Below, piece after piece: positions 1 to 9,082 of a stretch of DNA of 64,000 nucleotides (the stretch's first letter is position 1; every line of letters begins with the position of its first letter). Below the pieces are notes generated by a model that was not told the DNA's origin, did not search any database, and was given only the letters and a program-made list of their open reading frames with translations. The stretch is taken from positions 1,408,001-1,472,000 of the forward strand of contig CATQHZ020000001.1 of assembly GCA_958296135.2 (NCBI GenBank). The letters run 5' to 3'. Source of the DNA: an uncultured Poribacteria bacterium. GTDB taxonomy: Bacteria > Poribacteria > WGA-4E > WGA-3G. The translations under genes were made by a program, and so were the position numbers.

Positions 1-784
1 CTTTTTCAGCAAGTGCAATGATGCCTGTCTCAATTGCGTCCGGTTCCTGTTCAAGAATTTTTTGGCATGCTTCAATCAACTCGGTGCGATGTTGGAAGAC
101 ATGTCCCTCATCCGCTTTTTGACTCAGCACGTATTTGATGCCTGCCTGCACGCGGTGCGGCGCGTTCTTCTCCATGCCAAGTTTCTGTGCAATCGTATCT
201 GCGGTGACAAACCCAATGCCGTAAATGTCATCGGCGAGACGATAGGGGTTTTCGGTGACAATCGGAATCGCTTCATTTTCGTAGGTTTTGTAAATCTTGG
301 CGGCGTGCGCTGTGCTGACATCGTGCGATTGCAAGAAGAGCATGACATTTTTAATCTCGCGCTGTGCCTCCCACGCCTGCTGAATCCTCTTGACGCGTTT
401 CTTACCGATGCCGGGGATACGTGCCAGTTTTTCCGGAGTCTGCTCGATTACATCCATCGTATCCATACCGAACTTGTTGACAATCCGCGCCGCCATTTTT
501 GGGCCGATACCCTTGATGAGCCCAGAACCGAGGTATTTCCTCAACCCGACAATATTGGCTGGCAAGATAGTCTCGGAACGCTCGATTTTGAACTGTCTGC
601 CGTATCGGGTAGTATTTACCCACGTGCCTTGCAAAATCAGGCTTTCACCGGGGTTCACAGCGGCTAAGTTCCCGACGACGGTGAGTTGTTCTGGATGCCC
701 GCGCGCGAAAAATCTGCCGACGGTGTAGCCGGTGTCTGGGTTTTCAAAAACAATGCGTTCAAGAATGCCGTGAAGCGTGTCCAT
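1..784 (-). CDS. recD2: ATP-dependent RecD-like DNA helicase RecD2, N-terminal part (runs off the window edge)
   Basis: Not in the ORF track. Manual minus-strand translation from ATG 784 gives MDTLHGILERIVFENPDTGYTV...YGRQFKIE...LRKYLGSGLIKGIGPKMAARIVNKFG...ENPYRLADDIYGIGFVTADTIA, the typical RecD2 N-terminus with HhH motifs. Confidence 0.9.
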   Translation of the reverse strand, partial: MDTLHGILERIVFENPDTGYTVGRFFARGHPEQLTVVGNLAAVNPGESLILQGTWVNTTRYGRQFKIERSETILPANIVGLRKYLGSGLIKGIGPKMAARIVNKFGMDTMDVIEQTPEKLARIPGIGKKRVKRIQQAWEAQREIKNVMLFLQSHDVSTAHAAKIYKTYENEAIPIVTENPYRLADDIYGIGFVTADTIAQKLGMEKNAPHRVQAGIKYVLSQKADEGHVFQHRTELIEACQKILEQEPDAIETGIIALAEK

Positions 785-801
785 CTCTGTTTTCCACCGA
801 T

Positions 802-1368
802 TTAGGTTGGGCTCTCAAAAATTTGCGCGACCGGACAAGAGAATCCCTCAACGATATCCTCACCGGTGAGTCTATCTCCAAGTGTGAGGAGTTTGAAGTC
901 CCTATCGGGACGATAAACTGCGACGGTTTGCAGCACCGGATCGATTACCCAGACCATCTGCGTGCCGGCATCTAGGTAGGCTTGCACCTTCTCTGACACG
1001 CGCATCAGTGAATCTGAGGGTGAAGATATCTCCACCGCCAAGTCCGGCGGAACCGGGGAGTTTTGCCGTCTGTTCTCTGGCAGTCGCGCTTTTGAAACAA
1101 ACGCGACATCCGGTTTCACCGCGCGTTCGCCTAGTTTGAAGGTTGTCTCCGCGGTATACAACGCTCCGAGTTGCTTGTCGCGGACATGCGAACCTAACGG
1201 CAAAATGATGTTGACGCTTATCTCGCCGTGTTCCATTGTCGGTGGTGACATCGGCACTAATTCTCCATTGATGTATTCATACCCCTCTAAATCGTTCGCG
1301 AGAAATTCGTCCAGCGTCATAGGGGGCGGCACTTCTTGCGCGAAGTGGTTGCGTTCGGTTGCGTTCAT
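802..1368 (-). CDS. Uma2 (DUF820) family putative endonuclease
   Basis: Motifs YEYINGELVPMSPP, KPDVAFV, PDLAVEISSPSD, YLDAGTQMVWVIDP. GGAGG RBS before ATG 1368. Confidence 0.9.
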   Translation of the reverse strand: MNATERNHFAQEVPPPMTLDEFLANDLEGYEYINGELVPMSPPTMEHGEISVNIILPLGSHVRDKQLGALYTAETTFKLGERAVKPDVAFVSKARLPENRRQNSPVPPDLAVEISSPSDSLMRVSEKVQAYLDAGTQMVWVIDPVLQTVAVYRPDRDFKLLTLGDRLTGEDIVEGFSCPVAQIFESPT

Positions 1369-1443
1369 TGTCGCGTTCCTCCGCATTATTGGGTGTTCAA
1401 GTTATTACCATAATACCGCATTTCCGAATGAAAATCAACCCAT

Positions 1444-1472
1444 TTGACAAAAAAACCGACTATCGTTAAAAT
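1444..1472 (+). promoter_or_regulatory. Sigma70-type promoter
   Basis: TTGACA-17 bp-TAAAAT upstream of the CDS at 1508. Confidence 0.65.
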
Positions 1473-1507
1473 GGCAGCAAATTTTTAGCATTCCGAGAGG
1501 AAAAACG

Positions 1508-2134
1508 ATGATTCACACACCCCCCGAATCTGCAGTGGTTCTCTTTAACGGCAGTGACTTGGGCAATTGGACTAGCCGGGATGGCGGCGCGCCCGGCTGG
1601 GCAGTGGAAGATGGCGTAATGGCTGTCGTCCCGCGCACCGGCGATATTATGACGATGGAACGGTTTACCGACCATTTCCTGCATCTTGAATTTATGACAC
1701 CCGATATGCCCGAAGCGAGTGGACAAGCGAAGGGCAACAGCGGCGTGTTTCTGCAGGGCCGGTATGAAATCCAGGTCTTGGATTCATACGGGATTGAAGT
1801 GCCGGGCATGGGCGATTGCGGTGCGATTTACAACCAATTCGCGCCGCTTGTCAACGCCTGCAAGCCCCCGTTGGAGTGGCAGACCTACGATGTCATTTTC
1901 CGCGCGCCGCGCTTCAACGATGATGGTGAAGTGGTTGAAAACACGCGCGTGACGGTGCTGCAAAACGGCCTCGTCATCCTCAACAACGTCATCTTGTCCG
2001 GTACAACGGGCGCGAACATTGGCGGCGGCGTTGGAGAACCGGGACCGCTGTTGCTCCAAGACCACGGTAACCTCGTGAAGTTCCGGAACATCTGGGCGGT
2101 TCCGTTGCCCCTGGAAGGTTCGGATAAATACTAA
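1508..2134 (+). CDS. DUF1080 (3-keto-disaccharide hydrolase-like) domain protein
   Basis: Motifs LFNGSDL, GNSGVFLQGRYEIQVLDS, GAIY, WQTYDVIFRAPRF, LQDHG..VKFRNIW. Confidence 0.85.
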   Translation: MIHTPPESAVVLFNGSDLGNWTSRDGGAPGWAVEDGVMAVVPRTGDIMTMERFTDHFLHLEFMTPDMPEASGQAKGNSGVFLQGRYEIQVLDSYGIEVPGMGDCGAIYNQFAPLVNACKPPLEWQTYDVIFRAPRFNDDGEVVENTRVTVLQNGLVILNNVILSGTTGANIGGGVGEPGPLLLQDHGNLVKFRNIWAVPLPLEGSDKY

Positions 2135-2228
2135 TCCCGTTTGTCGGTTTTGTAAGGGCGGCTGTCTCTATCCGCCTGTCATCGTCTTTTGTGAAGGCGA
2201 ATGTATTATACCAAATTAACTTGACTCT

Positions 2229-2254
2229 GTAAGGGCGGATTTCTATATCCGCCC
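2229..2254. repeat. REP-like palindrome family C (GTAA-GGGCGGAT-ttctat-ATCCGCCC)
   Basis: Perfect 8-bp arms. Further copies at 41701-41722, 44155-44180 (reverse) and 63967-63992. Degenerate copies near 2152, 4452 and 50709. Confidence 0.8.
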
Positions 2255-2279
2255 GCTTTTTGGAATGTGGAGGAATCTC

Positions 2280-3230
2280 ATGGCACATCAGGCTTTACCG
2301 ACACTCCCTCGGCGGCGTTTAGGAAGGACCGGATTAAGCATCCCGGTTATTCCGTTCGGCACGCAAGGCTTTGGCAACAACTTCGGGTTTGTTTCGGATG
2401 AGGATGCGGTGGCACTCGTCAAACACGCCGTGTCTATCGGTGTCAACCATTTCGATTGCGCGCGCTGTTATGGCGATTCGATGCGGAAACTGGGCTTGGC
2501 ACTCCAAGAAATCCCGCGCGAAGATGTCATTATTACCGCGCGACTCTGCTGCCATTCTGCGGCGGAGTGGGGCGGCTACGGCCAAGGCAGACCGGATTAT
2601 TCCGCCGAGCGCGCGATTGCCGATCTGGAAAGTCAGTTAGAGTTGCTCGGCACGGATTACTTAGATGGGATGCTCATTCACGACCCGGGCGAGATCGATC
2701 CGACGCTAGAAAAAGGCGGAACATTGGCTGGGCTGCTGCAGTGCAAAGCGCGCGGCTTAGTCCGCTTCCTCGGTTACGGGATGCGTCCGCACGATTTTCA
2801 TTTGAAGGCGATGGCCACCGGCGATGTCGATCTTATCTTGTGCTTCAACGACTACAATCTTGTCCGCCAGACGGCTGTTGATGCTATCCTTCCTGCCGCC
2901 GCTGAAGCGGATATCGGTGTGATGAACGGCTGGTCGATCTTGCGCGGCATTCTGACAGGCGTTGACATTGATGCGCAAATCGCGAAGGGACGTTGGCGGA
3001 ACGATGGCGATGTGCCGCGCGCGCGCGAAATCTGGCAGTGGTGCCTCCAAGAAGATGTGAATTTGCTCCAGCTGGCGCTTCAATTCTGTCTACGCGAAGA
3101 GCGCATCCACGGCAATAATATCGGCAATCTCAACGTTGAGCAGCTTGAGGCGAACGTTCGTGCTGCGAGCGTACCCCTCCCGGAGGAGGTGTGGGAGAAG
3201 TACGAAGCACGGTTCGGTTGTCGTCCCTAG
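2280..3230 (+). CDS. Aldo/keto reductase
   Basis: Motifs RRRLGRTGL, GVNHFDCARCYG, LGTDYLDGMLIHDP. GGAGGA RBS before ATG 2280. Confidence 0.85.
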   Translation: MAHQALPTLPRRRLGRTGLSIPVIPFGTQGFGNNFGFVSDEDAVALVKHAVSIGVNHFDCARCYGDSMRKLGLALQEIPREDVIITARLCCHSAAEWGGYGQGRPDYSAERAIADLESQLELLGTDYLDGMLIHDPGEIDPTLEKGGTLAGLLQCKARGLVRFLGYGMRPHDFHLKAMATGDVDLILCFNDYNLVRQTAVDAILPAAAEADIGVMNGWSILRGILTGVDIDAQIAKGRWRNDGDVPRAREIWQWCLQEDVNLLQLALQFCLREERIHGNNIGNLNVEQLEANVRAASVPLPEEVWEKYEARFGCRP

Positions 3231-4414
3231 CGGTGGTTTGACGTTGTCTTGGCGGGGTTTCTGCTTTTATCGGGCTGAAAAGACGTTACGAAGCCGTTTC
3301 TTTCCTTCAACATCGGCATAAATTTATGATGCGCGCGCGGGAACGGGTATTGCTCAAGTTCCTCAAGCCGAATCCACTTTGCGTCTATCGGCCCGTTCAA
3401 CGCTACCTCGCCTGCCTGATAATCGCACTGAAAGACATCTACGACAATCTTGAAGTGGGTGAAAGCGTGTCGGACGCGGGTGAGGTATGTGAGATTTTCA
3501 ACGGCGAGGTTGACAGTCTCGGCTATGTGGCGGTGGCACGCCTCTTCAGCTGTTTCGCCTTCGGTGAGTCTGCCGCCTGGAAATTCCCAGAGCCCGCCGA
3601 GCAAACCATCTAGGGGCCGCTGCGTTATCAAGATTTCTCCTTGCGGTTCCTCCGATGATTCGGCCAAGCCCCCTTCGGAAACAGCGATTTTGTGAATAAC
3701 GCCGACAGCGAGGTGATATTCTGGAATCGGTTTCGCTTTCCGTCGGACAGGCACCTCGTCTTGGCGGGCTGTTTGGAACGCCTGACAGCAGGAATGCACC
3801 GGGCACACAATGCAGGTGGGTGATTGTGGGCGGCAGACTGTTGCTCCTAATTCCATCATCGCCTGATTGAAAGTCCCCGGTGCTTCTTGCGCGAGCAGTG
3901 CATCCGCCTTTTCCTGAAATCGCTTCGTGGCGGAGGCCTCGTTAATGGGTGTTTTCATGTAAAAGAGGCGCGCTAGCACGCGTTTGACGTTTCCATCGAC
4001 AGCGGCGTAAGGCGCGTTAAAGGCGATACTCTGCACGGCGGCGGCACTATAGTCCCCAACCCCCGGCAACTTTCGGAAAGCGGTGTAGTCGTTCGGTATT
4101 TTCCCATCCAATTCTGCGACGATAATTTTCGCCGCCTTGTGCAGGTTCCTGGCCCTGGTATAGTAGCCCAATCCTTCCCAAAGTTTCAGCACGGTTTGCA
4201 GCTCTGCTTCTGCGAGCTGCTGAACGGTGGGCAATCTATCAATGAATTTCTGATAGTATGCCATCACCTTTTTAACCTGCGTCTGCTGGAGCATTACCTC
4301 AGATACCCAGATATAGTAAGGGTTGCGGGTGTTCCGCCACGGCATCTCGCGCTGGTAGGTTTGGAACCAGTCCAACAGCGCGTTTTGAAAGTGAGGGTAG
4401 TCTTTTTTCGTCAT
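3227..4414 (-). CDS. mutY: A/G-specific adenine glycosylase MutY with C-terminal NUDIX-like domain
   Basis: Motifs WVSEVMLQQTQV, WEGLGYYTRARNL, LPGVGDYSA, VDGNVKRV, 4Fe-4S CRPQSPTCIVCPVHSCC, HAFTHF. Start reassigned to MTKKDY. Confidence 0.95.
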   Translation of the reverse strand: MTKKDYPHFQNALLDWFQTYQREMPWRNTRNPYYIWVSEVMLQQTQVKKVMAYYQKFIDRLPTVQQLAEAELQTVLKLWEGLGYYTRARNLHKAAKIIVAELDGKIPNDYTAFRKLPGVGDYSAAAVQSIAFNAPYAAVDGNVKRVLARLFYMKTPINEASATKRFQEKADALLAQEAPGTFNQAMMELGATVCRPQSPTCIVCPVHSCCQAFQTARQDEVPVRRKAKPIPEYHLAVGVIHKIAVSEGGLAESSEEPQGEILITQRPLDGLLGGLWEFPGGRLTEGETAEEACHRHIAETVNLAVENLTYLTRVRHAFTHFKIVVDVFQCDYQAGEVALNGPIDAKWIRLEELEQYPFPRAHHKFMPMLKERNGFVTSFQPDKSRNPAKTTSNHR

Positions 4415-4475
4415 GTAGAATATCCGATCGGCGTGCTTTGGAAGCGCGATGGGCGGAAACCGTAGAAATCCGCCC

Positions 4476-5192
4476 TTACAAAGAGATTGCGATTCGGAAG
4501 CTAACGTTATGCACGGCGCGGATGGGTTCATAAGCGGCGCGATTTGCGCAACGGGCAGCAAATTCGCCTCGCGCCGCCCATGAGCCGCCTCTGATGACTT
4601 TCCTCCGCCCTTCAATTGGCCCCTGCGGATTTTCTGAAGGGGAGTATTGATAGGTTTGCGCGTGAAACCAGTCGCTGCACCAGGAATATGCATTTCCCGC
4701 CATATCGTGGCAACCGTAGGGACTGACTCCCTCTGGGTAGCTGCCGCCTGGCGTTAAACGTTTTAGACGCGCCTCTGAGGTATTTGCTTTGCCCTGTGTC
4801 CAGTCGTTTCCCCACGGGTATTCGCGTCCATCGGTGCCGCGCGCGGCCTTCTCCCATTCCGCTTCTGTCGGTAAACGATATGCCTCTCCGATGGTTGCGC
4901 GGAGCCATTCCAAAAAGTTCTCCGCATCATGCCAACTGATTCCGACGACAGGGCACGCTGCGCCATTGAAGCGTTCATCTCCCCAAAACAGCGGCTTGGG
5001 ATAGCCGGTGGCATCAACGAATTGCGCGTATTGTGCGTTCGTGACGTGATAGGTGCCGATGGCGTAAGCATCGAGTGTGACGCTGCGCTGGGGTTCCTCC
5101 GGGTCTGTCTTGCGCAATCCGGTGGGGTAGGTGCCCATTGTGAAGGGTCCGGCGGTGATTTGGGTGAGAGGGTAGTTGAGGGCTTCAATCAT
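4476..5192 (-). CDS. FGE-sulfatase (SUMF1/EgtB/PvdO) domain protein, stand-alone
   Basis: Motifs FTMG, VTNAQY, RLPTEAEWEKAARG, YPWG, DMAGN, RGGSW. Not a close nucleotide paralogue of the array at 6.2-15.8 kb. Confidence 0.9.
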   Translation of the reverse strand: MIEALNYPLTQITAGPFTMGTYPTGLRKTDPEEPQRSVTLDAYAIGTYHVTNAQYAQFVDATGYPKPLFWGDERFNGAACPVVGISWHDAENFLEWLRATIGEAYRLPTEAEWEKAARGTDGREYPWGNDWTQGKANTSEARLKRLTPGGSYPEGVSPYGCHDMAGNAYSWCSDWFHAQTYQYSPSENPQGPIEGRRKVIRGGSWAARGEFAARCANRAAYEPIRAVHNVSFRIAISL

Positions 5193-5335
5193 AGCATTAG
5201 TATATCATATTTGTCTCTTTTTTTCGCGAAAAAAGCGAATTTTCTCATTTTTTTTATTATTTTTGGAAAAGAAGTGCATTTTATGCAACCTTAAAAAAGG
5301 AATCCTCTTTTTAGGTCCGCTGGGACCTAAAGAGT

Positions 5336-6228
5336 CGGAGCGCGCGGGGGCCTGTGCCTCGCGATCCTTCGATCGTCACGGAAACCGTCACTTTCACCGT
5401 AGGGCGAGGGCCGTTACGGTCACGTCTACAGTAAACGTGCGTGTGTCGCCCTGCGTAAACACGCTACCTTTAACGTTGTCCTCTCTGCCGCCTCGCTGCC
5501 GAGATGTCCACTGTCCCTCGCGATCCTTCGATCGTCACGGAAACCGTCACTTTCACCGTAGGGCGAGGGCCCGGCGATCGCGAATCGCCGAGGGTTTCCC
5601 TCGCGATCTCCCGACCTGAGCGGCAAACGGCTGCAGTCCAGCGGCCGCGTGTGCTTTCTGATGCGCGCCAGCATGGCGAGGGACAGGCCCTCGCCCTACG
5701 GTAAAAGGGGCCGCTTGTTGCCTGGCGAGGCACAAGACCTCGCCCTACGGTTTGAGAGGCGTATTTAGTCACCGTAGCGCGAGGGCCGTTACGCCGAAAC
5801 GTTGTCCTCTCTGCCGCCTCGCTGCCGAGATGTCCACTGTCCCTCGCGATCCTTCATCGAAACGGGAAATGCCACTTTCACCGTAGGGCGAGGGCCCGGC
5901 GATCTCGAATCGCCGAGGGTTTCCCTCGCGATCTCCCGACCTGAGCGGAAAACGGCTGCAGTCCAGCGGCCGCGTGTGCTTTCTGATGCGCGCCAGCATG
6001 GCGAGGCACAGGGCCTCGCCCTACGGTAAAAGGGGCCGCTTGTTGCATGGCGAGGCACAGGACCTCGCCCTACGGGAAAAGGGACGCTTAAGCACAGCGA
6101 TGCATCAAGACCGGGGGCATCGAGACCAGGAGGTCTCTCCTACCGGGAAGGAGGCGAGACCTATGAAGCATCGAGACCAGGATGTCTCTCCTACCGGGAA
6201 GGAGGCGAGCCCTCCGGGGGTTAGGGTC
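5336..6228. repeat. Mosaic REP/BIME-like cluster (families A and B)
   Basis: Multiple ccGTAG(G/C)GCGAGGG...CCCTCGC and GTAGGAGAGACC-tcct-GGTCTC units in both orientations. Confidence 0.85.
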
Positions 6229-8574
6229 TTAAGGAGTAACAGCCCTCGCACAACGAAAACCGATGTCGTAGAACGTGCGCGTTGGCGTATCTTGGTTGCG
6301 ATTGGCGACGCGCAGGGACAGCGCGGCATTGTCCCAACTGCCACCCCGCAACACGCGGAAGCTGTCGGTCGGGAGACTTGTGAAGTTATCACGTAGCCCT
6401 TGGATTGTTGTCTCCCCACCAGCGATGGGATTCCGACTGTTATCAGAAACGAAGTAGAAATCCCCCTCATACGCATCCAGACACCACTCCTCCACATTGC
6501 CGGCCATGTCGTAGAGGCCGTAGCCGTTTGGTGGATCACTCCCAACGGGTGCGGTATCGCTGACCACGAAATTCCCCTCGTCGTCCCAGACCCCGTAGTT
6601 TGCATCGGCGAGGGTGATTGTGTCGCCCCAGGGATACTTCTTGCCTTCAAGTCCGCCGCGTGCGGCGTATTCCCACTCCGCCTCGGTTGGGAGGCGTTTG
6701 CCGGCCCAGTCTGCATACGCCATGGCAGCATACCAAGACACGTAGACCACGGGGTGGTTTGCCTTCCCCTCAGGATAGTCGTTCCCGTTCCAGTCATCAA
6801 GGTACTCGCCCTCGTGGAATTTGGCATCAATGTTGTCTTTTTGCCATTGTGGATTTGCGTCGACAAAGGCCTTGAACTGCGCGTTCGTGACTTCGTAGAC
6901 ATCCATGTAGAATGCGTCCAAGTGGACGGTATGCACGGGCTGTTCGTCACGAAACCAGTCAGCCTCCCAGCCTTCAGCTTCAAGAAGGTCAGCTTCGTCG
7001 GCGAGGTTGCTGCCCATCTGGAATGTGCCGGCGGGGATGAGGGCCATGCCTTCGGGCGTTGTTGTTTCTACCGGTGGCGTTTCCACGATAGGCGTAACGG
7101 TTCCCCTCGCACAACGAAAACCGCGGCCGCTGGACGTGCCCGTTGGCGTATCGAAGATGCGAATGGCGACACGCGGGATCTCCGCGGAATCGTTCCAACC
7201 GCCACCCCGCAACATGCGGTCTGACTCAACACTTGTGAAGTTATCAAGAATCCACTGGAGCGTCTTACCACCGGCGATGGGATTCCGACTGTTATCAGAA
7301 GTAACGTAGAAACCGGCATCCCATGCGTCAAGGCACCACTCCCACACGTTACCCGCCATGTCGTATAAGCCGTAGCTGTTTGGTGGATAACTCCCTACGG
7401 GTGCGGTATCGCCGACACCCTCCACGAAATCCCCCTCGTCCCAGACCCCGTAGTTTGCATCGGCGAGGGTGATTGTGTCGCCCCAGGGATAGTTCTGTCC
7501 CGCAAGTCCGCCGCGTGCGGCGTATTCCCACTCCGCCTCGGTTGGGAGGCGTTTGCCGGCCCAGTCTGCATACGCCACGGCGGCATACCAAGACACGTAG
7601 ACCACGGGGTGGTTTGCCTTCCCCTCAGGATAGTCGTTCCCGTTCCAGAGATGAAGGTAATTGCCATCGTGGAACGTGGCATCGATACTCTCCTTTTGCC
7701 AGTGTGGATTTGCGTCGACAAAGGCCTTGAACTGCGCGTTCGTGACTTCGTATTTGTCCATGTAGAATGCGTCTAAGTGGACGGTATGCACGGGCTCTTC
7801 GCGCTCCCACGCGCCCACGTTATTGTTACCCATTTGGAATGTGCCGGCGGGTATGAGCACCATGCCTTCGGGTGGTGTCGGTTGTGTGACTACGACAGGT
7901 GGCGTGCCGGTGCCGGTGCCGGGTGCCTCGCCGAGATGGCGTGCGACGAGCACCAAGTCGCTGACATTGACTTGGCCATCGCTATTGACATCTACCCGCG
8001 GATTTGCAGGCGCGCGCGAGCCGAGGCTTCGCGCCACGAGGACTAAGTCGCTGACGTTGACGGTTCCATCCTGATTGACATCCCAGGCGGCACCACTGCT
8101 TTTGGTAACCTGGCCGTTCACGGTAGTCACCGGCAGGTTCTGCCCGTTTACGTCCGGCAGTATGACGTTGCGTAGGCTCAGCGTTGAGGCTTTGGCGGCC
8201 CCGACGCGAAACGTCACCGTGGCGAGGGTGCCGCTGCTGTTCGTTGCGGCACTGCCCGCGGCGGCTGTCAGCTTCACGCGGTTACCAGACACCTGCGGTG
8301 CCGGGGCAAAGGCGCCTGCCGGTAAGTATGTCGCATTGGCTGCGGCGACATACGTCAATGCCGATGTATCAAATTCGACGGTGAGTTCATAGCCGGCAAT
8401 CCCGCGGCCGTAGCGGATTTGAATGTTGACTTCCAGCGTGCCCCCGGCAGCGGGCGATGCAACGGGAGAGGGACTTACGGAGACAACGGCTACGGCTTGT
8501 CCGTAACTCATTGCTGTTGCGCCGAGGCACAGGATGATGGTTAAAAGCCAAACGAGGCTTGTTCGGTTTTTCAT
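6229..8574 (-). CDS. Secreted cohesin-dockerin-FGE-FGE protein (array member 1), candidate DGR target with two variable regions
   Basis: Signal peptide MKNRTSLVWLLTIILCLGATAMSYG; cohesin-like GYELTVEFDTSAL...GTLATVTFRV; duplicated dockerin DVNQDGTVNVSDLVLVA/DVNSDGQVNVSDLVLVA; two RLPTEAEWEYAARGG...RGG.W...GFRCAR domains. Confidence 0.9.
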   Translation of the reverse strand: MKNRTSLVWLLTIILCLGATAMSYGQAVAVVSVSPSPVASPAAGGTLEVNIQIRYGRGIAGYELTVEFDTSALTYVAAANATYLPAGAFAPAPQVSGNRVKLTAAAGSAATNSSGTLATVTFRVGAAKASTLSLRNVILPDVNGQNLPVTTVNGQVTKSSGAAWDVNQDGTVNVSDLVLVARSLGSRAPANPRVDVNSDGQVNVSDLVLVARHLGEAPGTGTGTPPVVVTQPTPPEGMVLIPAGTFQMGNNNVGAWEREEPVHTVHLDAFYMDKYEVTNAQFKAFVDANPHWQKESIDATFHDGNYLHLWNGNDYPEGKANHPVVYVSWYAAVAYADWAGKRLPTEAEWEYAARGGLAGQNYPWGDTITLADANYGVWDEGDFVEGVGDTAPVGSYPPNSYGLYDMAGNVWEWCLDAWDAGFYVTSDNSRNPIAGGKTLQWILDNFTSVESDRMLRGGGWNDSAEIPRVAIRIFDTPTGTSSGRGFRCARGTVTPIVETPPVETTTPEGMALIPAGTFQMGSNLADEADLLEAEGWEADWFRDEQPVHTVHLDAFYMDVYEVTNAQFKAFVDANPQWQKDNIDAKFHEGEYLDDWNGNDYPEGKANHPVVYVSWYAAMAYADWAGKRLPTEAEWEYAARGGLEGKKYPWGDTITLADANYGVWDDEGNFVVSDTAPVGSDPPNGYGLYDMAGNVEEWCLDAYEGDFYFVSDNSRNPIAGGETTIQGLRDNFTSLPTDSFRVLRGGSWDNAALSLRVANRNQDTPTRTFYDIGFRCARAVTP

Positions 8575-8589
8575 TGTAGTTTCTCCTTT

Positions 8590-9082
8590 TTTTATCGTGT
8601 GGGACGTATTTAGTCCCGTGGTGCGGTGGTCTGTCCACCGCGAGTTTTCAGCGACACGAAAGATGCCATTTGCACCGTAGCGCGAGGGCCGTTACGGTCA
8701 CGTCTACAGTAAACGTGCGTGTGTCGCCCCGCGTAAACACGCTACCTTTAACGTTGTCCTCTCTGCCGCCTCGCTGCAGAGATGTCCACTGTCCCTCGCG
8801 ATCCTTCATCGACACGAAAAATGCCACTTTCACCGTAGCGCGAGGGCCTGTCCCTCGCGATCCTTCATCGACACGAAAAACGGCTGCAGCCTAGCGGCCG
8901 CGTGGCGAGGCACAGGACCTCGCCCGACGGGAAAAGGGACGCTTAAGCACAGCGATGCATCAAGACCGGGGGCATCGAGACCAGGAGGTCTCTCCTACCG
9001 GGGAGACGAGACCTATATGAAGCATCGAGACCAGGAGGGCGCGCCTACCGGGAAGGAGGCGAGCCCTCCGGGGGTTAGGGTC
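8590..9082. repeat. Duplicated intergenic block with REP units
   Basis: Shares long near-identical stretches with 5397-6228, 10560-11007 and 12960-13527. Confidence 0.85.

Noticed and set aside
62-667. 201-aa plus-strand ORF
   Set aside because: Antisense shadow of recD2.
4476-5192. Stand-alone FGE gene as a seventh DGR target
   Set aside because: It lacks the shared nucleotide framework and the conserved 3' flank of the array genes.
5176-6396. Many short ORFs with TVGRGP/ALALR motifs, and the long N-terminal extensions of ORFs 9083-10888 and 11008-13176
   Set aside because: They are translations of REP palindromes. The real starts are MKNRTS with an RBS.
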